Of a stretch of 64,000 nucleotides of DNA, positions 1 to 9,472 are shown piece after piece (within the stretch, counting starts at the first letter, position 1; each line of letters begins with the position of its first letter). The stretch lies in the sequence record SRR22947727_1573. One strand, given 5' to 3'. The notes beneath the pieces are model-generated. The model worked only from the letters and a program-made list of their open reading frames with translations. It made no database searches and had not been told where the DNA came from. A program made the position numbers and the translations under genes.

Positions 1-78
1 CGTGTTGAAATGGCGTTATGCAGAGGTCTTGCTTCAATGGGGCTGGTGCCTAAGACCGGTGGCTGCTAACCCGGCAGA

Positions 79-906
79 ATGTGGCGCGCGATACTCTTTA
101 TGTTGATCGGGATGATGCTCATCCCAACCGGCGATGCCGCCAGCAAACTGCTGTCAAATACCCATGGGTATCATCCTTTTTTCATCACTTGGGCCCGGTT
201 CACGGTCGGATCACTTTTGGTCCTGCCTTTCATGCCGCGCCGCTGCTTCACAGTTTTTCGCAACCCAGTGGCCTGGGGCCGAGGGCTGCTGCTGGCGATG
301 GGCATCAGCGTCATCACCTTTGCAGTCGCATTGGAAGACTTGGCCGATGTTTTTGCGGTCTTTTTCATTGGGCCGATTATCAGCTATATTCTGGCGGCAA
401 TCTTCCTGAAAGAAGCCGTGACCCTCCCCCGCAGCGCCTTGCTTTTCCTCGGCTTCACCGGAATTTTGCTCATTGCCAGACCCGGCTTTGGCTTTTCCAT
501 TGGACTGGCCTGCGCCCTTTTCGCCGGCTGCAGCTATGGCGTATTTCTGACCCTGTCGCGTCTGGCCGCGGGCCAAGAAGAGCCCAAAGCTCTTTTGTTC
601 TCGCAATTGCTCATCGCCGCCGTCCTCTGCACGCCTATGGCGCTGATATATTGGCCGGAGCAGCTCTTCGCCAGCCCATCCATGCTCGCCGTCTCTGGCG
701 GTGCCTCCATGCTCGGCAATATGTTTTTGATCCTCGCCTATGGGCGCGCGCCTGCCACCCGCATGGCACCCTTCGTCTATTTTCAACTGGTGGGCGCATT
801 ATTATTGGGATGGGGTGTTTTTGGTACGCTGCCCGACATCTGGGGGCTTGCCGGTTTGGCCTTGCTGATGATCTCAGGCTTTGGCTCCGCATTCTTGCGC
901 CGCTAA
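79..906 (+). CDS. DMT/EamA family transporter
   Basis: 275 aa, about 10 hydrophobic helices in two EamA-like halves; FLKEAV and APFVYFQL motifs. Confidence 0.85.
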   Translation: MWRAILFMLIGMMLIPTGDAASKLLSNTHGYHPFFITWARFTVGSLLVLPFMPRRCFTVFRNPVAWGRGLLLAMGISVITFAVALEDLADVFAVFFIGPIISYILAAIFLKEAVTLPRSALLFLGFTGILLIARPGFGFSIGLACALFAGCSYGVFLTLSRLAAGQEEPKALLFSQLLIAAVLCTPMALIYWPEQLFASPSMLAVSGGASMLGNMFLILAYGRAPATRMAPFVYFQLVGALLLGWGVFGTLPDIWGLAGLALLMISGFGSAFLRR

Positions 907-1505
907 CCCCAGCCCCCACGGTTGCGAATAGCCGAAGAGCTCGCCGGATTCTGCGGCATATCCACGAAACACCAGGCGGGCGCCGTGCAATGGCTCAAAA
1001 GCCTAGAATCGCGTGCGGCAAGCCTGGCGGAGGCAAAGCGCCGCGCCGCAGGTGCGCATTGCGCCGCCAGCCCCTGCCCCGGTCGAGCCAAAACGCCAAC
1101 GGGCATAAGCTGGAATATATCCTGCCAATGACGCCACTGATGGATCTGCGCCAGATTATCTGCCCCCATAAGCCAGGTGAACCGCGTAGTGGAATAGATC
1201 TCCCGCAGCGCACGCAAGCTGTCACAGGTGAACCTTGTGTCCAGCTGAGTTTCCACATCGGTGATGACAATACGCGGATGGTCAATTAGGCGTTTCGCAT
1301 GGGCCACCCGCTTATCAAGCGGCGCAGGTCCCTGCGGTTTCAATGGATTGGCCGGGCTGACCAGCCACCAAACTTGATCAAGGTCAAAGCGCTTCAGCGC
1401 CTGCTCAGAAATCCGCACATGCCCTTCATGGGCCGGATCAAACGACCCGCCCAAAAGGCCGACACGCCGCCCGGCGTTAGATTTTGGCAAGTTAAACCGC
1501 AGCAT
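903..1505 (-). CDS. nadD: Nicotinate-nucleotide adenylyltransferase
   Basis: GLLGGSFDPAHEGH (HxGH), WLMGADNL and SSSAIR motifs. Confidence 0.93.
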   Translation of the reverse strand: MLRFNLPKSNAGRRVGLLGGSFDPAHEGHVRISEQALKRFDLDQVWWLVSPANPLKPQGPAPLDKRVAHAKRLIDHPRIVITDVETQLDTRFTCDSLRALREIYSTTRFTWLMGADNLAQIHQWRHWQDIFQLMPVGVLARPGQGLAAQCAPAARRFASARLAARDSRLLSHCTAPAWCFVDMPQNPASSSAIRNRGGWG

Positions 1506-1638
1506 TCCTCACCTTTAGCGCAGATAGCCCCCTGCGCAAGCCATGGCCGTGCCAGTTTTCGCAATTTCACATTTGCGCCCGCCCGCGCGCCACTGTAACA
1601 GAGGTTTGAATTTTTCAGTCTAACACCCGGGGGCACTC

Positions 1639-3294
1639 ATGGCCGCATATCAATACGTATACCACATGGATGGCGTTTCAAAAACTTATCCCGGTGGCAA
1701 AAAATGTTTCGAAAACATCCGCCTGTCGTTCCTTCCTGGCGTGAAAATCGGTGTGGTTGGGGTGAATGGCGCCGGGAAATCAACCCTGCTCAAGATTATG
1801 GCCGGCTTGGATACAGATTTTTCCGGCGAAGCCTGGGCGGCAGAGGGCGCGAAAGTTGGCTACCTGCCTCAGGAGCCGAAACTGGAAGAAGGCCTGACCG
1901 TCCGCGAGAATGTTATGCTGGGTGTGAAGGCCAAAAAAGACATCCTGGATCGTTACAATGATCTGGCGATGAATTACTCCGATGAAACCGCCGATGAAAT
2001 GGCGCAGCTGCAAGATGAAATTGACGCCAATAACCTTTGGGATTTGGATGCTCAAATTGATGTGAGCATGGAGGCTCTGCGCTGCCCACCCGACGATGCG
2101 ATGCCTGAAAATCTTTCAGGCGGTGAAGCGCGCCGCGTGGCCCTGTGCCGGCTGTTGCTCGAGCAACCGGATATGTTGCTGCTTGATGAGCCGACCAACC
2201 ACTTGGACGCTGAAACCATTGCTTGGCTGCAAAAACACTTGATTGACTATACCGGGACAATCCTCGTTGTGACTCACGACCGCTATTTTCTCGATGATAT
2301 TACCGGCTGGATCCTCGAAATTGATCGGGGGCAAGGCGTGCCCTATGAAGGCAATTATTCCGCTTGGCTTGAGCAAAAGGCAAAGCGTTTGGCGCAAGAA
2401 TCCCGTGAGGATAAATCCAAACAAAAAACGCTGGAGCGCGAATTGGAATGGATGCGGCAGGGCCAAAAGGCCCGGCAGGCCAAATCCAAAGCCCGGATTG
2501 CCGCCTATAATGATATGGCCAATCAATCCGAGCGTGAAAAACTGGGACATGCGCAAATCATCATCCCAAATGGGCCAAGATTGGGGTCCAAGGTCATTGA
2601 AGTCTCTGGGCTCAAAAAAGCCATGGGCGACAAGTTGTTGGTCGAAGATCTCTCCTTCTCACTGCCCCCCGGCGGCATTGTCGGGGTGATCGGCCCCAAT
2701 GGCGCGGGCAAGACCACCCTGTTCAAAATGCTCACCGGGCAAGAACAGCCCGATGAAGGCACCGTTGACTATGGCGATACGGTGCAACTGTCCTATGTCG
2801 ATCAATCTCGCGATGATTTGGATCCCAATGCCAATGTTTGGGAGGCGATTGCGGATGGTCTAGACGTGGTGCAACTGGGGGATGTGGAAGTCAACGGGCG
2901 GGCCTATTGCTCAGCTTTTAACTTCAAAGGCGCGACCCAGCAGAAAAAAGTCAGCCTGCTCTCGGGCGGGGAACGCAACCGGGTGCATATGGCGCGATTG
3001 CTGCGCGCGGGGGGCAATGTCTTGCTGCTCGATGAGCCGACCAACGATTTGGACGTGGAGACCCTACGGGCCCTCGAAGATGCTTTGGTTGATTTTGCCG
3101 GCTGCGCTGTGGTCATCTCCCACGACCGCTTTTTCCTTGACCGGATCTGCACCCATATCCTGGCCTTTGAGGGCGATGCGCATGTGGAATGGTTTGAGGG
3201 CAATTTCGAAGACTATGAGGAGGACAAGAAACGCCGCCTCGGTGCCGATGCCCTGCAACCCACGCGGATCAAGCATAAGAAATTCGCACGGTAA
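1639..3294 (+). CDS. ettA: Energy-dependent translational throttle protein (ABC-F)
   Basis: 551 aa, two ABC domains (GVNGAGKST, GPNGAGKTT, LSGGE twice), no TM segments, ELEWMRQGQKARQAKSKARI linker. Confidence 0.95.
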   Translation: MAAYQYVYHMDGVSKTYPGGKKCFENIRLSFLPGVKIGVVGVNGAGKSTLLKIMAGLDTDFSGEAWAAEGAKVGYLPQEPKLEEGLTVRENVMLGVKAKKDILDRYNDLAMNYSDETADEMAQLQDEIDANNLWDLDAQIDVSMEALRCPPDDAMPENLSGGEARRVALCRLLLEQPDMLLLDEPTNHLDAETIAWLQKHLIDYTGTILVVTHDRYFLDDITGWILEIDRGQGVPYEGNYSAWLEQKAKRLAQESREDKSKQKTLERELEWMRQGQKARQAKSKARIAAYNDMANQSEREKLGHAQIIIPNGPRLGSKVIEVSGLKKAMGDKLLVEDLSFSLPPGGIVGVIGPNGAGKTTLFKMLTGQEQPDEGTVDYGDTVQLSYVDQSRDDLDPNANVWEAIADGLDVVQLGDVEVNGRAYCSAFNFKGATQQKKVSLLSGGERNRVHMARLLRAGGNVLLLDEPTNDLDVETLRALEDALVDFAGCAVVISHDRFFLDRICTHILAFEGDAHVEWFEGNFEDYEEDKKRRLGADALQPTRIKHKKFAR

Positions 3295-3381
3295 GCCCGC
3301 AGGTTTTGCCAGCGCCCCCATGCTCCGTTGAGGCCTTCCCACGGACTTAATGGAGTTTTTACCGCTGGCACGTCTTCTGGC

Positions 3382-3410
3382 TTGCAAAAAAATTCCGAAA
3401 CGGCCATATG
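3382..3410 (+). promoter_or_regulatory. Putative sigma70 promoter of the cold-shock gene
   Basis: TTGCAA-N17-CATATG about 125 nt upstream of the start, implying the long 5' UTR typical of csp genes. Confidence 0.5.
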
Positions 3411-3536
3411 GCCTCTGCGACCGTTACCGCATCTCGACCAACTGTTTTGCTTACAAGGCCACAGTCCTCGACATGAATTGACTGACGCCGACCTGCCGCA
3501 ATACCGTGGGCAGTACTGTAAAATGGAGTAAACGGG

Positions 3537-3743
3537 ATGGCTACTGGCACCGTAAAATGGTTTAACGCAGACAAAGGCTATGGCTTTATTGCACCGGACA
3601 ATGGCGGCGAAGATGTGTTTGTGCACATTACAGCTGTACAACGCGCGGGTTTGGACGGTCTGAATGACAACCAAAAAGTAAGCTTTGAAGTTGAAACCGG
3701 CCGCAACGGCCGTGAAGCTGCGACTGACTTGCAAGCACAATAA
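3537..3743 (+). CDS. cspA: Cold-shock protein, CspA family
   Basis: [15 protein letters not shown] (RNP1) and DVFVHIT (RNP2); GGAG RBS. Confidence 0.95.
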   Translation: MATGTVKWFNADKGYGFIAPDNGGEDVFVHITAVQRAGLDGLNDNQKVSFEVETGRNGREAATDLQAQ

Positions 3744-3752
3744 TATGATTTA

Positions 3753-3803
3753 GGGCCAATCTAAGCTGAGGATTTCATCCGCATTCCTTAGATTGGCCTT
3801 TTT
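3753..3803 (+). terminator. Intrinsic terminator after cspA
   Basis: GGCCAATCTAAG...CTTAGATTGGCC stem followed by a T run. Confidence 0.75.
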
Positions 3804-3864
3804 CATGGCGCCCCTCATGCAAAGGGCAGCCTAAGCAGGGGCAATCCTGCCGCTCTTTTGGACT

Positions 3865-5184
3865 CTAGTCCCGCGGAATTTTCTGCAAAAGCGGCAAAAG
3901 CGCGCCCATATCGGGGCCATGCGACAGGCCCGTCAAGGCTTTGCGCAGCGGCATAAATAGAGCTTTGCCCTTGCGCCCGGTGGCCTCTTTGACCGCAGAG
4001 GTCCAAGCACCCCAAGTGTCGGAGTCAAACGGGCCGGCCGGCAGCATCAATAGGGCCTGCGCTACAAACTCCTGATCTTCTGCATCAATCACCGGGGTGG
4101 CGCCATTTTGGATTAAATCCCACCAGCCGGCGAGATCATGGAGGGTGGATATATTGCCGCGCGTGACCTGCCAGAAAGCCTGGGCCATCTCTGCCGGCAC
4201 GCCAATGGCCGCGACATCCGCGGCAACACCCTCGAGCTCAAGCCCTTGCAAATATTTCGCCGTCAGCGGCCCCAGATCCGCCTCGTCAAATTTCGTCGGA
4301 GCAGAGCCAAATTTCGTCAGCTCGAAACCCGCGACGATTTCCTCCATAGAGCCACGCAGCTCAACCGGATCAGACGATCCCAGACGCGCCAAATGGCTCA
4401 ACAGCGCCATAGGTTGCACGCCTGCCGCCCGCATGTCCCGCAGCGCCAACGACCCCAAACGCTTAGACAGGCCTTCCCCTTTGGGCCCAGTCAACAAAGA
4501 ATGGTGGGCAAAATTGGGCACTGAGCCGCCAATGGCGCGGATCATCTGGATCTGTGTCGCGGTATTGGTCACATGGTCTGACCCACGCACCACATGGGTC
4601 ACGCCCATATCCGTGTCATCGCAGATGGAGGCCAAAGTATAGAGCACCTGCCCATCACCGCGGATCAGCACCGGATCGCTCACCGAGGCGGCATCGATCG
4701 ACAGATCGCCGAGAATTCCGTCATGCCATTCAATCCGCAATTGATCGAGTTTAAAACGCCAATGGCCCTTGCGTTCCGCACGCAGCGCCGTGCGCTCCGC
4801 CTCCGAAAGCGCCAGTGCCGAGCGGTCATACACCGGGGGCTTGCCCATATTCAGTTGCTTTTTACGCTTGAGATCCAATTCAACAGGCGTTTCAAAACAT
4901 TCGTAAAAAAGTCCTTGGTCACGCAGTTGATCGGCCACTTCTGCATAGCGGTCAAACCGGGCGGATTGATGCTCGATGCGATCCCAATGCAGGCCCAGCC
5001 AGTCCAGATCGCGCTTTATCGCCTCGACATATTCGGCCTTGGAGCGCTCGGGATCCGTGTCATCGATCCGCAGAATAAACTCTCCGCCCGCCTGACGCGC
5101 GATAAGATAGTTAAACAGCGCCGTGCGCAGGTTGCCGATGTGAAGATAGCCCGTAGGCGAAGGGGCAAAACGTGTGGTTGTCAT
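3865..5184 (-). CDS. gltX: Glutamate--tRNA ligase
   Basis: TRFAPSPTGYLHIGN, LRIDDTD, VVRGSDH and LSKR motifs; C-terminal anticodon domain. Confidence 0.95.
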   Translation of the reverse strand: MTTTRFAPSPTGYLHIGNLRTALFNYLIARQAGGEFILRIDDTDPERSKAEYVEAIKRDLDWLGLHWDRIEHQSARFDRYAEVADQLRDQGLFYECFETPVELDLKRKKQLNMGKPPVYDRSALALSEAERTALRAERKGHWRFKLDQLRIEWHDGILGDLSIDAASVSDPVLIRGDGQVLYTLASICDDTDMGVTHVVRGSDHVTNTATQIQMIRAIGGSVPNFAHHSLLTGPKGEGLSKRLGSLALRDMRAAGVQPMALLSHLARLGSSDPVELRGSMEEIVAGFELTKFGSAPTKFDEADLGPLTAKYLQGLELEGVAADVAAIGVPAEMAQAFWQVTRGNISTLHDLAGWWDLIQNGATPVIDAEDQEFVAQALLMLPAGPFDSDTWGAWTSAVKEATGRKGKALFMPLRKALTGLSHGPDMGALLPLLQKIPRD

Positions 5185-5248
5185 AGGGTTCTCCTGTTGC
5201 GCAGTCTTTACACATAGGGCGCGGGAGATGTCCAGATATGGCCGCGCG

Positions 5249-6913
5249 TCACTCTGTGCTGTGATCGCGCCAGCGGTTGGCTATGGGATAGCGCCGATCC
5301 AACCAAAATGCCCGCGGCGATAGGCGCGTTCCTGGCGCAGATTGGAAGCGCTTATACTCGCTAATATAGATCAAATGCTCAATTTTCTTGACTGTTTCAC
5401 GCTCAAAACCGGCCGCTATGCAATCGGCGACAGAGGCCTCATCGTCCACCAACATCTGCAAGATGCCATCGAGCACCGGATAGGGCGGCAGGCTGTCTTC
5501 GTCCTTTTGATCCGCGCGCAGCTCGGCGCTGGGGGCTTTATCGATGATGCGCGGATCAATAACCACGCCCTCCGGTCCCATCATCCAATCACGATGATGC
5601 GCATTGCGCCAGCGGCAGATGTCAAACACCCGCGTCTTGTACAAATCCTTAATCGGATTATATCCGCCTGCCATATCGCCGTAGATCGTCGCATAGCCGA
5701 CCGCGACTTCCGATTTATTGCCTGTGGTCAGCAGCATATGGCCGAATTTATTGGACAGGGACATGAGCAACAGGCCGCGCAGACGAGATTGGATATTCTC
5801 CTCCGTTAAATCCGCAGGCCGGCCGGCAAAAATCGGCGCCAAACTGTCGGTGATCGCCGCTTGTGGGCCGGTAATGGGCAGGGTTTGCAAAGGCGCGCCC
5901 AGCGCTTGCGCCACAGAGGCGGCATCCTGAAGCGATGCTTGGCTGGTAAACTCCGAGGGCAACATGACGCAATGCACATTTTGCGGCCCCAGCGCATCGG
6001 CGGCAATCGTGGCAACAATGGCCGAGTCAATTCCACCCGAAAGACCCAAGAGCGCTGATGAAAACCCTGTTTTGCGCATATAATCGCGCAGGGACAACAC
6101 CATTGCACGGTAGTCTTGCTCAAAAGCATCCGGCCAATGGGCCAAGGTGCCTGCCGCGGCCTGCCAGCCTTGATCGGTCAGCTCAAAATCCACATGCGCA
6201 AGGCAATTTTCAAACATTGGCAAAGACAGGGCCAAAGCACCACCGGGATTGAGTACGAATGATCCGCCATCAAAAACCTGATCATCCTGGCCACCAACCA
6301 TATTCACATAGACCAATGGCAGCCCCGTTTCGACCACCCGCGCAACCATATGGGCCATGCGCACGTCCATTTTGCCGCGCGCATAGGGCGAGCCATTGGG
6401 GACAAAAAGTACTTCCGCGCCAGACTCGGCCAAAGCCTCCGGCACATCTGAATGCCACGCATCTTCGCAGATCGGCGTGCCAATCCGCAGGGTACCCACA
6501 AGATACGGCCCTGAAATATCAGCCGATTGATAGAGGCGTTTTTCGTCGAACACGTCATCATTTGGCAAAATATGCTTTTTGATCACAGTTTGGATCTGCC
6601 CACGGGCCAGAACATAATAGGCATTATACAGACCGCTCTCATCGCGAAACGGCCCACCAATCCCCATGGCCGGCCCCTCAGCACAGGATTGGGCCAGGGT
6701 CTGAATTTGCGCCATCGCATCACGGGTGAACGCAGGTTTGAGCACCAAATCTTGCACCTGATATCCGGTGACAAACATCTCTGGCAACATAACCATATCA
6801 GCGCCCGCGACTTTGGCCGCTGTCCAAGCCTCAAGCGCTTGCGCCGCATTGCCAGCAAGATCTCCCACAGTTGCGTTGAGCTGCGCCATGGTTAACCGAA
6901 ATTTCTGTGTCAT
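5249..6913 (-). CDS. nadE: Glutamine-dependent NAD+ synthetase
   Basis: Nitrilase-like domain (PEM, K, ICED) fused to a synthetase domain (LGLSGGIDS, ENIQSRLR, TGNKSE, PSAEL); ATG 6913 chosen as start. Confidence 0.95.
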   Translation of the reverse strand: MTQKFRLTMAQLNATVGDLAGNAAQALEAWTAAKVAGADMVMLPEMFVTGYQVQDLVLKPAFTRDAMAQIQTLAQSCAEGPAMGIGGPFRDESGLYNAYYVLARGQIQTVIKKHILPNDDVFDEKRLYQSADISGPYLVGTLRIGTPICEDAWHSDVPEALAESGAEVLFVPNGSPYARGKMDVRMAHMVARVVETGLPLVYVNMVGGQDDQVFDGGSFVLNPGGALALSLPMFENCLAHVDFELTDQGWQAAAGTLAHWPDAFEQDYRAMVLSLRDYMRKTGFSSALLGLSGGIDSAIVATIAADALGPQNVHCVMLPSEFTSQASLQDAASVAQALGAPLQTLPITGPQAAITDSLAPIFAGRPADLTEENIQSRLRGLLLMSLSNKFGHMLLTTGNKSEVAVGYATIYGDMAGGYNPIKDLYKTRVFDICRWRNAHHRDWMMGPEGVVIDPRIIDKAPSAELRADQKDEDSLPPYPVLDGILQMLVDDEASVADCIAAGFERETVKKIEHLIYISEYKRFQSAPGTRLSPRAFWLDRRYPIANRWRDHSTE

Positions 6914-7092
6914 CTGCTTGCTCAATCCTGTCAAACCCCCGCCTTATCTATCAGACATCCGCCGAAGCAAAAGCCCAATTGAATGGGAAATGTGGAAAGA
7001 CATTGCCCTCACGGGTGAGGTTTACTAGTCTGCGATGGATAAAAATAGAGTCACCCCGACGCCGAGCCATTGTCTAAGAGGTTAAAACTTCA

Positions 7093-8535
7093 ATGAATAA
7101 GAAGATCTCACATCTCCTATTGGTCACAACGGCCCTGCTATGGAGCAGCCTGGCCCAGGCGCAAACCGCCACGATCCAGTCGAAACAATATGAAGACGGT
7201 GGATATTATGAGGGCACCTTCAAAAACGGTCGCCAACACGGGCAAGGCACCTACAGCCTACCGTCGGGCTATACATACACTGGCAATTGGGAAAATGGCG
7301 AAATTTCTGGTCAGGGTGAGGCAACCTTTCCTGATGGATCGGTCTACACGGGAGCGTTTTCGAATGGGAAACCCCACGGAGAAGGCCGCATAAACTATGC
7401 CGATGGTGGCACTTATGAAGGCAGCTGGGTGGCTGGCAAAATCGACGGCCAAGGGGTGGCGGTTTATGCCAACGGGTTGCGTTATGAAGGGGAGTTTCGC
7501 GACACCAAACACCACGGCCAGGGCATTCTCACCTCTGACAGCGGATATCGCTATGAGGGCAATTGGGTTAACGGCGACAAACAGGGCAACGGCACCATTA
7601 TCTATTCGGATGGGGCGGTCTACCAAGGCTCTATTGAGGCGGGCGAGCGCTCTGGGGCTGGCATTTTGACCATGCCCGATGGGGTGACCTATGAAGGCAC
7701 TTGGACAAACGGCAAAATCAACGGCGAGAGTACCCTCACCCATGCAAATGGCGATGTTTTTAATGGTATATTGCAAGATGGAAAGCGCGAGGGGCGTGGC
7801 AAGGTCGTCTATGCCAATGGTGACCTTTACGAAGGCCAATTCCACAAGGACCGCCGCCATGGCAATGGCACTTTTCTCGCCGCCGATGGCTATCGTTACT
7901 CTGGCAGTTGGCAGAATGGCAAAATTTCAGGACGCGGCGAGGTGCGCTACCCGGATGGGTCGATCTATCTTGGCGCCTTTGTGGATGATCTGCCTGAGGG
8001 TGTGGGCAAAATTACCTATCCTGATGGTTCGACCTATGAGGGCAATTGGAAAGCCGGAGTCATTGAAGGGGCCGGAAAAGCGACCTACCCCAATGGCCTC
8101 GTCTATGAAGGCAGTTTTAAAAATGCGCAAAATCACGGCTATGGCATTATGACCTTTGCCGACAGTTACCGCTACGAAGGCAACTGGAAAGATGGCAAGC
8201 GCCACGGCGCCGGGCAAGCGCGATACCGTGACGGTACAACATATGTCGGCGGGTTTGTCGAAGGGCAGCGCTCGGGTGAAGGCTACATCAAAATGACCGA
8301 TGGCTTTAGCTACACGGGCGAATGGCTCGACGGCGAAATCCACGGCAAGGGGACAGCCACCTATGCCAATGGGGATGTCTACACAGGCAGCTTTGTAGAC
8401 GGGCGCCGTCAGGGCAAGGGCACAATGCGCTATGCCACCGGAGGGGTTGCCAGCGGCACTTGGGAAAACGGGGTTTTGCAACCGGCCGAGGATGCGGCAC
8501 CTGCGCCCGAGGACGCGGCCAGCCCCTCCGAATGA
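7093..8535 (+). CDS. Secreted MORN-repeat protein
   Basis: Sec signal peptide (AQA cleavage site) followed by about 18 tandem 23-aa YxGxWxxGxxxGxG repeats. Confidence 0.9.
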   Translation: MNKKISHLLLVTTALLWSSLAQAQTATIQSKQYEDGGYYEGTFKNGRQHGQGTYSLPSGYTYTGNWENGEISGQGEATFPDGSVYTGAFSNGKPHGEGRINYADGGTYEGSWVAGKIDGQGVAVYANGLRYEGEFRDTKHHGQGILTSDSGYRYEGNWVNGDKQGNGTIIYSDGAVYQGSIEAGERSGAGILTMPDGVTYEGTWTNGKINGESTLTHANGDVFNGILQDGKREGRGKVVYANGDLYEGQFHKDRRHGNGTFLAADGYRYSGSWQNGKISGRGEVRYPDGSIYLGAFVDDLPEGVGKITYPDGSTYEGNWKAGVIEGAGKATYPNGLVYEGSFKNAQNHGYGIMTFADSYRYEGNWKDGKRHGAGQARYRDGTTYVGGFVEGQRSGEGYIKMTDGFSYTGEWLDGEIHGKGTATYANGDVYTGSFVDGRRQGKGTMRYATGGVASGTWENGVLQPAEDAAPAPEDAASPSE

Positions 8536-8548
8536 CGCCCAGAGCCCT

Positions 8549-9214
8549 TCACCACGGCACAACACGTCCGTTTTGATCGAAAAATTGTCCGGTCTCATGC
8601 GCCCCGCGCGCTTCAATCACCTCATGTAATCTCGCGGCCGCCTCTGGCGCAGGCCGCGCGTCATATTTTGCGGAAAAGGGCCGTGTTAAAGGCGTGTCGA
8701 CGGTGCCAGGATGCAGCGCAAAACAGGACAGCTGCGGATGACTGCGGGCCAATTCAATCGCAGAGGTGCGCACAATTTGATTAAGGGCAGCCTTGGCCGC
8801 CCGATAGGAAATCCAGCCCCCCAGCCGGTTGTCACCAATCGATCCCACCCGCGCTGAGAGGACCGCAACCCTGGCTGGACGATCACGCGGCAGCAAAGGG
8901 CCAATCTGACCCAGAATGAGCGCTGGCCCAATGGCGTTAACCTGCATCTGTGCCGCCATAGTTTGCGCCGTCACAGCCTTAATGGTCTTTTCAGGCCCAA
9001 CCCCGTCCAGCGTTAGTGCTCCGGTGGCCATGACAATCGTATCAAAGGGGCCTTTGAGCGTCGCTAAGGCGGGGGCGATACTGCGCTCTTGCGTTAAGTC
9101 CAATCCCTGCTCCGTGCGAGACAGGCCCGCGCACTGCCACCCCTGGCTGCGGTAGGTCTCTGCCAGGGCCGTTCCAATAGCGCCCGAGGCACCGATGATC
9201 AAAATCCGTTTCAT
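8549..9214 (-). CDS. Short-chain dehydrogenase, CsgA/C-factor-like
   Basis: IIGASGAIG, SARVGSIGDNRLGGWISYRAAK (YxxxK), LHPGTVDT; start reassigned to ATG 9214. Confidence 0.88.
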   Translation of the reverse strand: MKRILIIGASGAIGTALAETYRSQGWQCAGLSRTEQGLDLTQERSIAPALATLKGPFDTIVMATGALTLDGVGPEKTIKAVTAQTMAAQMQVNAIGPALILGQIGPLLPRDRPARVAVLSARVGSIGDNRLGGWISYRAAKAALNQIVRTSAIELARSHPQLSCFALHPGTVDTPLTRPFSAKYDARPAPEAAARLHEVIEARGAHETGQFFDQNGRVVPW

Positions 9215-9345
9215 AGCCCCGAGGTAGGGCGCATCATCCGCATGGCCACCCAATCGCCAGTTTTTGCCACAAATTGCTTGCGCGCACCGGGTTTTGTCAT
9301 ATTTTTTCACTTCCCATTTGCAAATTCACAGGTATACCTAGACCC

Positions 9346-9396
9346 ATGGAACATTTGACTGAGCAACTTCTCCTTCTAACACTTAGCCTAGGCTGA
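9346..9396 (+). CDS. Leucine-rich leader peptide upstream of leuA (MEHLTEQLLLLTLSLG)
   Basis: Manual translation gives 16 codons with 7 Leu, including the run CTT CTC CTT CTA; stop lies 76 nt before leuA. Confidence 0.8.
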   Translation: MEHLTEQLLLLTLSLG

Positions 9397-9428
9397 GCGT
9401 GCTTTTCGGCGCGGGACGCTCACCTAAG
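9382..9428 (+). promoter_or_regulatory. Attenuator-like hairpin overlapping the leader stop codon
   Basis: TAGG-C-TGAGCGT pairs with ACGCTCA-CCTA; the upstream CTTAG can pair alternatively with CTAAG. Confidence 0.6.
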
Positions 9429-9472
9429 CCCAGCGCCGAACCCTTCCAAAATCCTAGCAGAAGAACAGTCCT

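Noticed and set aside
81-1289. 402-aa ORF overlapping the DMT gene and nadD
   Set aside because: Alternative-frame ORF with Arg/Pro-rich non-protein-like composition over two well-supported genes; the same applies to the many antisense ORFs in the track
7200-8480. Periodic DNA repeats suggesting a CRISPR or tandem array
   Set aside because: The 69-bp periodicity is explained by degenerate MORN protein repeats
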